Positions 1 to 17,526 of a stretch of DNA of 64,000 nucleotides are shown in pieces. The notes below the pieces were generated by a model. The model did not search any database. It was not told where the DNA came from and was given only the letters and a program-made list of their open reading frames with translations. This stretch comes from an uncultured Hormoscilla sp. GTDB lineage: Bacteria > Cyanobacteriota > Cyanobacteriia > Cyanobacteriales > Desertifilaceae. Position 1 is the first letter of the stretch. Each line of letters begins with the position of its first letter. The stretch is taken from NCBI GenBank assembly GCA_963921275.4, contig OZ001293.3:6815067-6879066 (forward strand). The letters are read 5' to 3'. Made by a program: the position numbers and the translations under genes.

Positions 1-2
1 TG

Positions 3-1064
3 GCCACGGATGCAGGGGAGAAAACCATTACGGCCAAAGATATCATCCTGGCACCGGGTTCGGTCCCCTGGGTACCTCCAGGGATTGAAATAGATGGCAA
101 AACAGTCTTTACTAGCGATGATGCCTTGAAGCTAGACTGGCTACCACCTTGGGTGGCGATTATCGGCAGCGGCTATATTGGCTTGGAGTTTTCCGACATC
201 TACACCGCCTTAGGCTGCGAAATTACCATGATCGAAGCCCTAGACCAGCTGATGCCAGCTTTTGACCCGGATATTGCTAAGTTGGCCAAGCGCGTGCTGA
301 TCGATCCTCGTGATATAGAAACTAAGGTGGGCATGCTGGCGAAAAAGGTGACTCCGGGTTCGCCAGTAGTAATTGAACTGGCAGATGCGAAAACGGAAGA
401 AGTGGTAGAGGTTCTAGAAGTAGATGCTTGTCTGGTGGCGACGGGACGCATCCCCGTGGCTAAAAACATGGGGTTGGAATTATTAGGTGTGGAACTGGAC
501 CGCAAAGGCTTTATTCCCGTTAATGGCAAAATGGCAGTGTTGGCGGACGGCGAACCCGTACCCCATTTGTGGGCCATTGGCGACGCAACTGGTAAGATGA
601 TGCTGGCCCACGCGGCATCGGCCCAAGGCATTACGGTGGTGGAAAATGTTTGCAGGCGCGAACGCTGCGCGAAAAATCAGGAAGTAGACTATAGCAGTAT
701 CCCCGCAGCAGCCTTTACTCATCCAGAAATTAGCTATGTGGGTATGACTGAACCTCAAGCCAAGGAATTGGGTGCAGTCGTGGGATTTGAAGTGGCCTCA
801 GTACGGACCTACTTTAAGGGTAACTCTAAGGCGATCGCCTCTGGGGAAACGGACGGGATAGCCAAAGTTATCTATCGTCAAGATACGGGAAAACTGCTGG
901 GAGTCCACATTCTGGGCGCCCACGCCTCGGATCTGATCCACGAAGCAGCAGCGGCGATCGCCTCACGTCAGTCAGTTAACACCTTGGGCTATCTAGTTCA
1001 CGCCCATCCCACCCTCTCAGAAGTCCTGGACGATGCCTATAAACGGGCCATGTCTCATGCGTAA
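3..1064 (+). CDS. lpdA: Dihydrolipoamide dehydrogenase (E3), 5'-truncated by the window edge; carries a 5-aa insertion (RCAKN)
   Basis: [11 protein letters not shown]-binding motif, AIGD, MLAH, C-terminal HAHPTLSE; frame is open back to position 3. Confidence 0.95.
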   Translation, partial: ATDAGEKTITAKDIILAPGSVPWVPPGIEIDGKTVFTSDDALKLDWLPPWVAIIGSGYIGLEFSDIYTALGCEITMIEALDQLMPAFDPDIAKLAKRVLIDPRDIETKVGMLAKKVTPGSPVVIELADAKTEEVVEVLEVDACLVATGRIPVAKNMGLELLGVELDRKGFIPVNGKMAVLADGEPVPHLWAIGDATGKMMLAHAASAQGITVVENVCRRERCAKNQEVDYSSIPAAAFTHPEISYVGMTEPQAKELGAVVGFEVASVRTYFKGNSKAIASGETDGIAKVIYRQDTGKLLGVHILGAHASDLIHEAAAAIASRQSVNTLGYLVHAHPTLSEVLDDAYKRAMSHA

Positions 1065-1106
1065 GACGGGCATCTCGCCTGTTCTACGTCAACAGCATCC
1101 CCCTTT

Positions 1107-1150
1107 TAGCAATTGACAATTAACAATTAGCAATTGACAATTAACAATGA
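1107..1150. repeat. Heptamer (STRR-like) tandem repeat, CAATTRA/CAATTAG
   Basis: gcaattgacaattaacaattagcaattgacaattaacaatg between lpdA and trpC. Confidence 0.7.
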
Positions 1151-1157
1151 GTAATTT

Positions 1158-2093
1158 ATGCAAATCCGTCGCCGTCCCCCCAGCCCGCCTGTAGATCTAC
1201 TCAACCTGCGCTATGAGGTAACCTTGCCTGATAGCGCCCCCCAGAATATCTTGGAGGAAATTGTCTGGCACAAAGAAAAGGAAATTGACCAGAGGCGCTC
1301 AAAGTTACCTTTGAGTGACCTGAAGCGTCAGGTAGAGAAAGCGCCAGCATCCCGAGACTTTGTCGGGGCCCTGGGTCGAGGCAAAACTTCCCTTCGGCGT
1401 CTTCCGCACGCTCTTGTCCTGAAGGACGCGGCGTGCTACAGACACCCCGCCCTCATCGCTGAGGTGAAAAAGGCTTCTCCTTCTAAAGGGGTGATCCGTG
1501 AGGACTTCGATCCAGTGGCGATCGCCCGTTCCTATCAGCAAGGGGGTGCAACTTGCCTGTCGGTGCTCACGGATGCAAAATACTTTCAAGGCACCTGGGA
1601 AAACCTGGGTCAGGTCAGAAATGCTGTAGACTTGCCCTTGTTATGTAAGGAGTTTATCATCTATCCTTACCAAATATATCTAGCCCGGATCTATGGCGCG
1701 GATGCGGTACTGTTAATAGCGGCCATTCTGGGCGATCGGGATCTGCAATACTTTGTGAAGATCGCGAGGGTATTGCAGATGACTCCCTTGATAGAAGTTC
1801 ACTCTCTAGCAGAACTAGACCGGGTTTTAGCTCTGAAAGACGTTACCATAGTCGGGATTAATAATCGCAACTTGGAAGATTTTTCCGTAGACTTGCAAAC
1901 AACTTGCCAGTTGCTAGAGGCCCGGGGGCAGATTTTGCAAGCACGGGGTATATTAGTAGTGAGTGAGTCGGGACTCCATACTCCAGCTGACCTGAAACTG
2001 GTTGGCGATGCGGGTGCTGCTGCTGTATTGATTGGCGAATCTCTGGTGAAACAGCCCGAACCAGGACAGGCGATCGGGCATTTGTTTGACTAA
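1158..2093 (+). CDS. trpC: Indole-3-glycerol phosphate synthase with an ~18-aa palindrome-encoded insertion
   Basis: [30 protein letters not shown] motifs; cyanobacterial MQIRRRPP N-terminus. Confidence 0.95.
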   Translation: MQIRRRPPSPPVDLLNLRYEVTLPDSAPQNILEEIVWHKEKEIDQRRSKLPLSDLKRQVEKAPASRDFVGALGRGKTSLRRLPHALVLKDAACYRHPALIAEVKKASPSKGVIREDFDPVAIARSYQQGGATCLSVLTDAKYFQGTWENLGQVRNAVDLPLLCKEFIIYPYQIYLARIYGADAVLLIAAILGDRDLQYFVKIARVLQMTPLIEVHSLAELDRVLALKDVTIVGINNRNLEDFSVDLQTTCQLLEARGQILQARGILVVSESGLHTPADLKLVGDAGAAAVLIGESLVKQPEPGQAIGHLFD

Positions 2094-2176
2094 GGGAAAG
2101 GACAGGCAAGATGTCTGTCCGACAAAATAACAGGCATCTAGTCTATCAACCGCAAATTTTTAGGAGATTTACATCT

Positions 2177-2416
2177 ATGGAGCCTCTTCCCCTTCCTTCT
2201 CACATTCACTACGAACTGCTACTGCGACTTTTAGAACGGCAGACATGGTTAGCTGTTAGTAACCAGTCTCCGCAGCAGGAACAAGTCCATCAGTTGATTA
2301 TTACCCTGCGAAAAGCCCTGGCCCAACAGAGACAACTGGAAGCAAGTTGCCACCAGGCTAACTTGCCCATTGACTATCGCTGGTCTTTGAATGAAGTTAC
2401 CACAGTTCCTGGTTGA
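2177..2416 (+). CDS. Conserved cyanobacterial small protein (DUF5340-like)
   Basis: MEPLPLPSHIHYELLLRLLERQT...YRWSLN; AGGAG upstream of the ATG at 2177. Confidence 0.7.
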   Translation: MEPLPLPSHIHYELLLRLLERQTWLAVSNQSPQQEQVHQLIITLRKALAQQRQLEASCHQANLPIDYRWSLNEVTTVPG

Positions 2417-2761
2417 TGTTATCTGATATTTTTGGAAATCTGATAACTGCAAACTGCGTATACGCAGTTCGCAGTTATGGATCTACTGAGGTTTGTAGTG
2501 AGGACGGAAGTCCTCACTACAAACCACGCTGCGCGAAAAATCAGAAAAATCAGAACGTAATTCATTTGGGTTTGAGGCAATTTGTTGACTAGAAATCAGA
2601 GAGGAGCACCTGTCGAACTCACGTCCATCAGGCGATTCCCCGCAGGGGAAGTCCGCAGCCAAAGGTTTGCCCATTTGCAGCACTAGGGATGTCCCAAAAG
2701 CAGCACATCAGCATAAAGCAGAGAAATGAAAAACAACAATCGTCAACAAATTAGTCGCATT

Positions 2762-3340
2762 ATGATCGCAGCAAAAGAGATTCCCCCAAAGTTAACCCCT
2801 GAAGAGTATTTCGTTTGGGAAGAAAAACAATTGGAAAAACATGAATATATAGATGGACAAGTCTATGCCATGAGCGGCGGCAGCGTTAATCATGGCCGCA
2901 TTGCCATCCGATTTACCGCCATGTTCGACGCTCATTTAGAGGGTAGCGGTTGTATGACTGGCAACTCTGACATCAAGGTTAATATTGTTGAAACCAATAA
3001 CTATACCTATCCAGATGCTAGTGTAACTTGCGACGGACGCGATAAAATCACCCCCAACTATTTTACCTATCCATGTTTAATTGTTGAGGTTTTGTCAGAT
3101 AGCACTGAAGCCTATGACAGGGGCGGTAAGTTTAGAATGTATCGCCAAAACCCGGTTTTACAAGACTATTTATTAGTGAGCGCTACCCGTATTGAAATTG
3201 ATTTGGATCACAAAAATGATGTGGGTGAATGGACGATCGTTAATTACCAAGAAGGTGACATCATAGAACTCAGAAGTATTAACCTGAGTTTCCCCGTCGA
3301 GCAAGTCTATCGCGGCCTCACCCTCACGCCAGAATCATGA
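2762..3340 (+). CDS. Uma2 family endonuclease
   Basis: KHEYIDGQVYAMSGG, YTYPDASVTCD, LIVEVLSDSTEAYDRGGKF. Confidence 0.9.
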   Translation: MIAAKEIPPKLTPEEYFVWEEKQLEKHEYIDGQVYAMSGGSVNHGRIAIRFTAMFDAHLEGSGCMTGNSDIKVNIVETNNYTYPDASVTCDGRDKITPNYFTYPCLIVEVLSDSTEAYDRGGKFRMYRQNPVLQDYLLVSATRIEIDLDHKNDVGEWTIVNYQEGDIIELRSINLSFPVEQVYRGLTLTPES

Positions 3341-3378
3341 TTGGCTTTCATCTCAATCAACTTAATCCCATTTCTTCT

Positions 3379-9012
<5,634 letters not shown>

Positions 9013-9539
9013 AGTTAAGATGTAACGTAAGTTGTTGTGCTGCACTTGAGCCAGCAGCCCCAGGTGATGTTAGTGGAATCAATTGTGACCACAGGGATAT
9101 GCCAGTGGCTATCATCCAGGAAGGGAACCCCAGGCTGGATGCCCTCTATTATTGCTGGTAGTCTTCTAAGAAAGCGTCTACCACTACGATTTCGTTTTGG
9201 AGATGTTTCATTTTCTGATTTTAGAGATAAATTGCTTGATGTCAAGTCGGCCTGGCAGTAATGGCCAAAGCGGCTCGCGAAGCACAGGTCGATTACAATT
9301 AGCACTAACTGCTTGTCCTTTTGGACCCGGTGTAGAGCGCATTGTTTCACCGGTTAATGTTCATGTCGCAATGGTGCCATCCACCTCGCTGCCGCTGTCG
9401 TCTGGCTTAATTGATGACATGCCCTACTTACCTCATCTGTTATTCTATCAGCACGACCTCCAATCTGGAATTGCGCGACTGAGGAAAAGTCGAGTAATTT
9501 GGGCCAGTTGTGCTACTTTCCCGAACTCCGGTCGTTACT

Positions 9540-9767
9540 CAACCCGCACAGTCCACGATCCAACCCGCACAGTCCACGACCCAACCCGCACAGTCCACGA
9601 TCCAACCCGCACAGTCCACGATCCAACCCGCACAGTCCACGATCCAACCCGCACAGTCCACGATCCAACCCGCACAGTCCACGATCCAACCCGCACAGTC
9701 CACGATCCAACCCGCACTCGTTCCACTCCCCCAGCACTCGTTCCACTCCCCCAGCACTCGTTCCACT
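9540..9767. repeat. Tandem array: 21-bp unit CAACCCGCACAGTCCACGATC x8.5, then 20-bp unit CACTCGTTCCACTCCCCCAG x2.6
   Basis: Direct reading; no unique spacers. Confidence 0.95.
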
Positions 9768-10053
9768 ATTATGGCCTGACATCCGTTAGCTGAACAAATT
9801 TGATTGGTGCAGTATATAGCCAGTGGTAAAAAAACCGGTCTCTCAGAGAACCAGGGTTTGCAGATACCGCAAATTGTTTCTATCCCCGTCTGTGGAGAGC
9901 AGACTTAGGGCTGATACCGGTCATATCCAGATTTTATCGTCAATAGTCGATGTGAATTATCGGTACAATTTTTCCGGAACGGTAAACGCGATGATACTTG
10001 TCCCATCCTGCATGAAACACTTGATAGTGGTCTCCTTTCTTCTTCCGGCAGAA

Positions 10054-10382
10054 TTAATTAACAGCAAACTCAGTCATTTGGCGTCTTTGGGGACGATAAA
10101 AACCTAAAACAATGTCTTCTTTGGGAACTCCTAACTCAAGCAGTTCTTGAGTCACGCCCTCTTCGATACCATCCCACTCAATCCAAATCTTACCATCCCG
10201 GAGCCGCAAGTGCAGGGCAATATCGTGAACTCGACCAGTTCGATCCCATCCTACATCCAATAAAATATAGTTGTCATTAGTTGCATCGCAGATTGACAAA
10301 GCTTCAATATGTTCTTGACTGGCGCTATTTGGTGTGTCACAATCTGTTGAACGACTTGTCGGTAAATGTTTAGCTTATCCAT
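10054..10382 (-). pseudogene. xisI: XisI family protein, frameshifted near the 5' end
   Basis: MDKLNIYRQVVQQI start in a different frame from DNYILLDVGW...GKIWIEWDGIEEGV...GVPKEDIVLGF. Confidence 0.8.
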
Positions 10383-10387
10383 TTCGG

Positions 10388-10810
10388 TTATAACTCTGAT
10401 GGCATAATCACATCGATCGCCTCTGTCCGATTTTTTCGGTAAATGCGAAAATCCCTATCTAATGTTAACATAGTACTGCCCGCGATCGACTCACTCATCT
10501 TCACCAAACAAGCATCCGCAAAAGACATGGGGACAGATTTATATTTTTGCATCAAGTTTCCAACTGCTTCCAACTCTTCACTCAAGCTAAATGAAATTTG
10601 GATAACGCCTGTTTTCAGTAAAGAGATTACCGCCTCCTGTCCGCCATAAGTTCTTCGCAGTAAAAAAAATGTTTCTGAAATTACTGCTTCACAGGTAAAC
10701 AAGGGGATAGCAATAGTTTTCCAAATCTCTTCCGTCCAGTGGTGAAAGCGATCGCTTTTATCGATCAGCGCCACCAATGGACTCGCATCTAAAATCACTC
10801 TTGATTTCAT
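10388..10810 (-). CDS. PIN-domain (VapC-like) toxin
   Basis: VILDASPLVA, TCEAVISE, MSFADACLV, TLDRDF. Confidence 0.88.
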   Translation of the reverse strand: MKSRVILDASPLVALIDKSDRFHHWTEEIWKTIAIPLFTCEAVISETFFLLRRTYGGQEAVISLLKTGVIQISFSLSEELEAVGNLMQKYKSVPMSFADACLVKMSESIAGSTMLTLDRDFRIYRKNRTEAIDVIMPSEL

Positions 10811-11058
10811 TGTGCTGAATATCCCTGAAGATACTTTTTGTTATAAGACAGATCGCCAATGCCACTATCGACACATCCCACCCACTCTTTAGCTGCTTCA
10901 TAAGCAGATATCGGTTTATCCTCAACAGTCGGATATTTTATTTTTTGATTTTGACTCTGCAAAAAATTAATAAAATCCAGAACCGACTGCTGCTGTTGAG
11001 GGCTTAAGGTTTGCAGGCGTTCTAAAATTGTTTGTTCCTTGCTAACTGCTTGTATCAT
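10807..11058 (-). CDS. Putative antitoxin (DUF2281-like), overlapping the PIN start
   Basis: LSPQQQQSVLDFINFL...GCVDSGIGDLSYNKKYLQGY; 4-bp overlap with the toxin. Confidence 0.75.
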   Translation of the reverse strand: MIQAVSKEQTILERLQTLSPQQQQSVLDFINFLQSQNQKIKYPTVEDKPISAYEAAKEWVGCVDSGIGDLSYNKKYLQGYSAQ

Positions 11059-11149
11059 CTTTTTCCTCCAGTCACACTCTTACTCCCACTCCAATATCTT
11101 AGCATACTTTCGAGTTGCTTATTTATCTTTTCACTGCCAACCACAATTA

Positions 11150-11760
11150 TTAAAAAATATTTAATTTGTTAATCTTATTACTGAAGATTGCTAAAATTTT
11201 GGCAATATTTATATCTTTGGCATCGGAGATCGTCAATTTCTCGCGCTCGATCGCGACAGTGCGATCGTCAAGCTGAAGGAAGCGCTAGACACGACCATTA
11301 GTAACAGCACCATAGATGCGTACCGTTCCCGAAAAATCGGTAATCTTGTCCCTAGCTTGGTTAAACCGCTGTGCTGCTACCATCTCAGCAATACATTGTC
11401 CCAAACCTGAATTTGTACTATCATTTTTTGCTTCTACAATTGCTATCACTGGTGCCTCGATTTCCAGGATAAACTCAGAGGCACTCACAATATAATCACA
11501 ATAGCCATTTAGTCCTTGAGTCACATCTACATTAAAATCCCTGCCAGAAAATAAGCTAATTTTGCCATTAAATATCTCTCTTATCTCCATTAGCATCGGC
11601 GCAATAATCAACTCAGAACGTGCTTTTTCTGTATCGTTATCAAAGGCAAGTCGCTTGGTTCAACTAGATCTATCTGAGGAAACAGATTAACCAGATTAAT
11701 ACTAAGATCGAAGCTGGCTTTGACTTGACTGACAGTCTTAAAATCGCTGTAAGTTATTGC
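11150..11760 (-). pseudogene. Degraded paralogue of the 12576-13217 gene
   Basis: Near-identical DNA; TGG>TAG at 11285 and an internal deletion near 11650. Confidence 0.85.
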
Positions 11761-11973
11761 TGAACACTCCTTGAATACCAAATAGGGTTTTTAATCGCTC
11801 CTCACCCAACGCGGGTTTTCTTTGTTGATTCCCCTCATCCGCTAAGATAGTATTATCTCATAATCATGGTATAAATCTAGTCTTGGCATATTCTGATTAA
11901 CGACAAACTGATGATTCTCGGTCCAACTCCGGTGCTTTAACCGGTATTACAGACGATCGCCTTCCACCCGATC

Positions 11974-12525
11974 CTATTCAAACTCAGGTGCCCATACATC
12001 AACAATCGATAATTCCCACCCTGGCAGCAACTCTGGCACTTCTAAAACATCTGCATCTCCCAACACTATTTTCTCGGCATTAGGGCGATAAACTTCCATC
12101 GTCCGAGTTCGCGGATCTACTAAAACACCCACTTCAGTTCCCAACTCTATAAACTCCTGTATCTTCTGACGAAGTTTATTCATGCTGTCTCTCTTAGATT
12201 TTACTTCAAACATCAGGTCGGGCACCAATTCAGCATAATCTTCTGTCGGGCGAGGTAATCTTTCTGCACGGATAAACGCAGCATCTGGTGCCCGCACATC
12301 TCCATCTGCATTCGGCAAGCGAAAACCTCCACTAGAAGCTATTACCCTGCCTAACTTACGAGGTCGTACCCAATTGCGTAATTGAGCAACAATTTCTGCT
12401 GCTACTTCATCTGATTCCAATCCTGAAGGACTCATAACAATAATTTCTCCACTTACTAACTCCATCTTCAGTTCTGGATAATCTTTTTGCAGATTATCTA
12501 AATCTTTAACTGTCAAAACAGACAT
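11974..12525 (-). CDS. Uma2 family endonuclease
   Basis: MELVSGEIIVMSP, RAPDAAFI, VPDLMFEVKS, LLPGWEL. Confidence 0.9.
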   Translation of the reverse strand: MSVLTVKDLDNLQKDYPELKMELVSGEIIVMSPSGLESDEVAAEIVAQLRNWVRPRKLGRVIASSGGFRLPNADGDVRAPDAAFIRAERLPRPTEDYAELVPDLMFEVKSKRDSMNKLRQKIQEFIELGTEVGVLVDPRTRTMEVYRPNAEKIVLGDADVLEVPELLPGWELSIVDVWAPEFE

Positions 12526-12575
12526 GGCGATCGCCTCCTTTATCTTTATTTTAGTCTAGCATACAACCAAGATAA

Positions 12576-13217
12576 TCAACCAAAATTTATTTTTTCTATC
12601 TGGTTACTGAAAATCGATAAAATCTTAGCAACATTTATATCTTTGGCATCCTTGATCGTCAATTCCTCGCGATCGATCGCGACAGTGCGATCGTCAAGCT
12701 GAAGGAAGCGCCAGACACGACCATTAGTAACAGCACCATAGATGCGTACCGTTCCGGAAAAATCGGTAATCTTGTCCCTAGCTTGGTTAAACCGCTGTGC
12801 TGCTACCATCTCAGCAATACATTGTCCCAAACCTGAATTTGTACTACCATTTTTGGCTTCTACAATTGCGATCGCTGGTGCCTCGATTTCCAGGGTAAAC
12901 TCAGAGGCACTCACAATATAGTCACAATAGCCATTTAGTCCTCGATTCACATCTACGTTAAAATCCCTGCCAAAAAATAAGCTAATTTTGCCATTAAATA
13001 TCTCTCTTATCTCTATTAGCATTGGCGCAATAATCAACTCAGAACGGGCTTTTTCTGTATCGTTATCAAAGGCAACTTGCAAATTACGCTTCAGGGTAAT
13101 TTTCAGGTAGTCGCTTGGTTCAACTAGATCTATCTGAGGAAACAGATTAACCAGATTAATACTAAGATCGAAGCTGGCTTTGACTTGACTGACGGTTTTA
13201 AAATCCCTGTAAGTCAT
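12576..13217 (-). CDS. Cyanobacterial PD-(D/E)xK nuclease-like hypothetical protein
   Basis: EKARSELIIAP, LNGYCDY, IVEAK, GLGQCIAEMVAAQRFN, YGAVTNGRVWRFL; contains a DFSGT insertion. Confidence 0.7.
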   Translation of the reverse strand: MTYRDFKTVSQVKASFDLSINLVNLFPQIDLVEPSDYLKITLKRNLQVAFDNDTEKARSELIIAPMLIEIREIFNGKISLFFGRDFNVDVNRGLNGYCDYIVSASEFTLEIEAPAIAIVEAKNGSTNSGLGQCIAEMVAAQRFNQARDKITDFSGTVRIYGAVTNGRVWRFLQLDDRTVAIDREELTIKDAKDINVAKILSIFSNQIEKINFG

Positions 13218-13332
13218 ACATTCCATACCAAACCCAATGGGAGTTTTATTCCCCCTCATCCGCTAAGATAGCATTATCTCATATGATGTTTTGGTAGAAT
13301 AGCAAACCCGTTATCCCCGAGGAGGAAATCTG

Positions 13333-14535
13333 ATGGACAACAAGCTGATGCTAATGATTCCCGGACCGACGCCAGTGCCTTCCCAGGTGCTACAGGCGAT
13401 CGCCAAGCACCCGATCGGTCACCGCAGTGGCGATTTTAGCAAGATTATCGGCGAATGTAATGAAGGTCTCAAATGGCTGCACCAAACCAGCAATGACGTG
13501 CTGACTTTAGCAGCTAGTGGGACGGGGGCGATGGAAGCGGGGATAATTAATTTCCTCAGTCCGGGCGATCGGGTGCTAGTGGGAAGCAACGGTAAATTTG
13601 GCCAACGCTGGGCAGAAGTAGCCCAAGCATACAACCTGAATGTGGAAATCATCACGGCGGAGTGGGGCCAACCCCTGGATCCAGAGAAATTCCGGGAAAA
13701 ACTCGAAGCGGATACGAAAAAGCAAATCAAAGCTGCGATTCTGACCCATTCTGAGACTTCGACAGCTGTACTCAATGACTTGGAAACGATCAATCGCCAT
13801 GTCAAAGCCCACGGTGAAGCCTTAATTATAGTAGATGCCGTTACCAGTTTAGGGGCTACTAAGGTGTCTGTAGATGAGTGGGGTTTGGATATAGTGGGTT
13901 CTGGTTCTCAAAAGGGTTACATGATGCCCCCAGGTTTGGGTTTTGTTGCGGTCAGCCCCAAAGCTTGGCAAGCCTATGAGATGGCAAAACTGCCCCGCTT
14001 CTATTTTGATTTGGGTAAATACCGTCAGGTCGCGGCCAAGAATAGCACCCCCTTTACACCACCAGTGAATTTGTATTTCGGCCTGCAAGTGGTCCTGAAG
14101 ATGTTAAAGGATGAAGGGTTGGAAAATATTTTCGCCCGCCATTTGCGCCTGACCAATGCCACTCGTGCGGCGGTGAAAGCCTTGGGGTTAGGGCTGTTAG
14201 CTGCTGACGATGTTGCCAGTCCGGCGGCGACAGCAGTGGCACCTACCCAGGTGGAAGCAGAACAAATTCGGGCCGTGATCAAGAAGCGGTTTGATATTGC
14301 TTTAGCTGGCGGACAAGACCACCTTAAGGGCAAGATATTCCGCATCGGTCATTTGGGTTTTGTCAGCGATCGGGACATACTCACCTGCATAGCTGCTTTA
14401 GAAGCAACCCTACAAGAACTGGGATATGAAAGTTTTACTCCTGGTGCGGGGGTGACAGCTGCGGCTAAAGTCTTTGCCCAATCTAAACCTGTCTTCACCA
14501 GTATCCCAGAAACCAGGTTTCTTAATCAGGGATGA
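13333..14535 (+). CDS. Alanine-glyoxylate/serine-pyruvate aminotransferase family (class V PLP enzyme)
   Basis: LMIPGPTP, SGTGAME, HSETST, VDAVTS, GSQKG, FRIGHLG; strong SD. Confidence 0.92.
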   Translation: MDNKLMLMIPGPTPVPSQVLQAIAKHPIGHRSGDFSKIIGECNEGLKWLHQTSNDVLTLAASGTGAMEAGIINFLSPGDRVLVGSNGKFGQRWAEVAQAYNLNVEIITAEWGQPLDPEKFREKLEADTKKQIKAAILTHSETSTAVLNDLETINRHVKAHGEALIIVDAVTSLGATKVSVDEWGLDIVGSGSQKGYMMPPGLGFVAVSPKAWQAYEMAKLPRFYFDLGKYRQVAAKNSTPFTPPVNLYFGLQVVLKMLKDEGLENIFARHLRLTNATRAAVKALGLGLLAADDVASPAATAVAPTQVEAEQIRAVIKKRFDIALAGGQDHLKGKIFRIGHLGFVSDRDILTCIAALEATLQELGYESFTPGAGVTAAAKVFAQSKPVFTSIPETRFLNQG

Positions 14536-14545
14536 GTTTGAACTG

Positions 14546-14574
14546 AAAAAGCGGGTGACCTGCACCCGCTTTTT
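14546..14574. terminator. Bidirectional intrinsic terminator
   Basis: AAAAAGCGGGTG-acctg-CACCCGCTTTTT between convergent genes. Confidence 0.8.
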
Positions 14575-14668
14575 ATCATCTTTCTCCGAATAGTTAGACC
14601 CGGTCCCAGGCTAGGGGGATGCTCGTGCATCAACATATCATATGCTCCTATAGCGTTTTGGTTAGGTT

Positions 14669-14860
14669 TCAGGTAGTTTCCAGCCAGTCAAAGATTCTAT
14701 CTAGCTGTTCTAGGGTCACCAAACCATATTGCCACAGAACCATCGGTAATGGACCAGGATCTTGCTCGCAGCGCTTCATGGCCACGGAGATCGAGGAAAA
14801 CGGAATTACCAATTCTTCTTGTAAAAACCCAATTAATGGAGAGTAGCTTGCTGGTGCCAT
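14669..14860 (-). CDS. DUF2949 family small protein
   Basis: FLQEEL...GPLPMVLWQYGLVTLEQLDRIFDWLE. Confidence 0.85.
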   Translation of the reverse strand: MAPASYSPLIGFLQEELVIPFSSISVAMKRCEQDPGPLPMVLWQYGLVTLEQLDRIFDWLETT

Positions 14861-15673
14861 GATTTTTTTGTCTCTGCTATTCAAAACTATTTTCTAAATA
14901 ATCCACTTTACTTTCAGTCCACGAGTAGCCAGTTTTCGATCTGTCCGCCTAATGTTACAATAGTAAGTCAGTTATCTATGGGGTTGAAGTGATCTCTTGT
15001 GAGATCGAAATGCGACCTCGATCACATCCCTTCGTCGATCCCCGCTGGGACTTATCTTTACTACAACAGACTCTGACCTGATTCGGAATCTTCCAAAAAA
15101 ATTTTTCACATCCGTACATCCGCCCGATCGCTCCTGCCCTAACAAATCCTACAACGCTTACTATATCTACTCTGTAGCCGATCCCAACTGCCAGTTTACT
15201 CCGGGATCGCTGTCTTCAGCCTCAACGATCGACCCCTCTGGTAACCATGCCTTACTGCTTAATCAAGCATCAGACAGCAGATTCCGGAACTTAAGTGTTT
15301 TTACTATTTTTGTGTATATATCGTCACAATTATACTCCCATAGACTCTAGTCAGTTGACGCGGCTGCCGATTCAAAACGAGCCTTCTATCCAGAACATAT
15401 GTTAACTATTGTAAAGAATCTTAACATATTTGTTACTTGCGGGCGAAAAATAATTGGGCAGGTCGCGGTCGGAGAAAAAAATCGGACACCGGATGTTGGT
15501 CTTGATATGTAGTGCGGATTGCTAGCGCTCCTGCGTCGCGCCGCTACGCTAACATACCTCGCAACACAGGCGACCGAGCCCTAGCGACTGCGCAGCAGTC
15601 GGATCCACCTTAAGACCGAGTTCTGCGACGCGGTAAACCCAACATTATAACAATTTAAAGACAAGACTGTCTA

Positions 15674-16545
15674 GGGCGTGTCATCAATTAAGCCATATTA
15701 CAGCTGCCGCGAGGTAGATGGCACCCAAGAAATTGCGAGCCGTTTTATCGTAGCGTGTCGCCAGAGCCCTGTATTGCTTGAGTTTTTGGAATAGATTTTC
15801 AATTAGATGCCGCCACTTGTACATTTCTTCATCGTATTCTCTGTGTTCTGTGCGGTTACTTTTTGGAGGAATGACAGCCATCCAATCCGCCTCTTTCAGC
15901 GCTCGAGCACACGTTGTTCCGCATCATAGGCTTTATCTGCAAGCAGCGCGCCAATCTCACCGATTTTATCCAATAGCACGTCAGCGCCTTTCCCGTCGTG
16001 GGCTTGGCCAGGGGTAAGATGAAATCCTGTGGGATTGCCTTGGGCAATCGCAAGTGGCATGAATCTTTGTCGATAGTCCCCCTTTACTACGGCCTATGGC
16101 TTGGGTTTCGCACGTATCTGAGGGTGTTTTTTTTTGCACCCGCACGCTCGTTGATGGGCACGCAGGATGGTGGCATCAATCGCGGCGTATTCGTTATCGG
16201 CGTCTGAGGCCAAGACATCGAATACCTGCTTCCAAACTCCCTTTTCAGACCAACGGGTATGGCGGGTATGAACAACCCGAAAATCCCCAAAACACTCCGG
16301 TAAATCCCGCCAGGGAATGCCAGCACGATATCGATATAACACGGCAGAACACGAATAATCTATTGTTCTTGGCTGTAGCGCCTGGGTCACCCTCTTTACC
16401 AGGTAAAAGGTGTTCGATCCGTTCCCACTGGTCGTCTCGCAAGCCATAGCGTCTCATATCATGCCCTCTTGATTGTTATTGCTGGATAAGGACTCCATAC
16501 CGTATCCATCTATTTCTGTCAAGCAATTTGATTGATGACACACCC
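15674..16545 (-). mobile_element. IS5-family insertion sequence with a frameshifted transposase
   Basis: TIRs GGGYGTGTCATCAAT, TA duplication in a CTAG target; fragments [50 protein letters not shown]. Confidence 0.92.
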
Positions 16546-17001
16546 TAGTAAATCGGTTAATTATTCCCAAAAATCGGGTTTCACGCGCGTGTTAAGTTGG
16601 CGTGCATAATTAAACTTAATGGAAGTAAAGTTTTGTTAAGTTGGCGATCGAGCCCCTCCCAGAAAGAGATTCAGCTATTTTACATTTTTTAACATAGGCT
16701 GGTTTATTTGTGCCTACCTACTTATCAGCCCACGGCCCCCAAATTATAAGATGCTGTGGGCGAATTACCAAAACAGGCGCGTGAGGGAGCACCCGAGCAG
16801 GGAGAGGGGAGAAAATCATTGATTTCTGGCGGTTTCGGGCTCTGAGGGGCGTCGCCCCCCAGTCTATTACCCCACAGTATCTTATAACGGTCTAGCCGAA
16901 TATTACAACCGGTTAATATATAATTTATCGCCGGTAGTTACCCTGTTGGAATCTGATTTTTAGCTAATGAGGGGTGATACCCTATAACTAAAATCCTTGC
17001 C

Positions 17002-17350
17002 GGCGTTGCACAACTCCGGGATGATAAGGATTGCTAATTGCTAATACTCAAAGGTTAATCTTGATGGTCATTTTTGGTCATGAATAGATGTATTTACTTT
17101 TTTCAATTAGCCAAAGTGCCAAAGTGCAATTTTCAACGGGGTTGCACAATTACGGGATGATAAGGGTTGCTAATTGCTAATACTCAAAGGTTAATCTTGA
17201 TGGTCATTTTTGGTCATGAAAGATGTATTTACTCTTTTCAATTAGCCAAAGTGCCAAAGTGCAATTTTCAACCATTGGCTGCTATCATCCCAAAAATGTG
17301 CAACGCCTTTTCAATAATTGGCTGCTATCATCCCAAAAATGTGCAACGCC
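17002..17350. mobile_element. MITE with IS1-type ends, containing a nested second copy (17138-17307)
   Basis: TIR GGCGTTGCACA; outer 8-bp TSD TCCTTGCC; inner TSD TTTTCAAC/TTTTCAAT. Confidence 0.9.
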
Positions 17351-17526
17351 TCCTTGCCAATTATCTGGGGCCACGGCGCCCCCAGGGCATACCATTTAAA
17401 ATCCGCTAAGGTCGGTCAAGAAACCGGGAATATACGGAAAAAATACAGAAATTCGGTCTTGACCTTAGTGTCGGTCAAGCTACAGGAGACTCTAATATGC
17501 CATAGAAGCGTTTTAGCCGATCGACT

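Noticed and set aside
9540..9767. CRISPR array (also considered for 30548, 44642, 51083, 60789 and 26217)
   Set aside because: Units are contiguous with no unique spacers, and there are no cas genes in the window.
9197..9793. Repeat-peptide ORFs (TVHDPTR, QSHATLL, AKVAPAP and similar) across the arrays
   Set aside because: Open in many frames only because 21-bp units lack stops; no SD and no recognisable domain.
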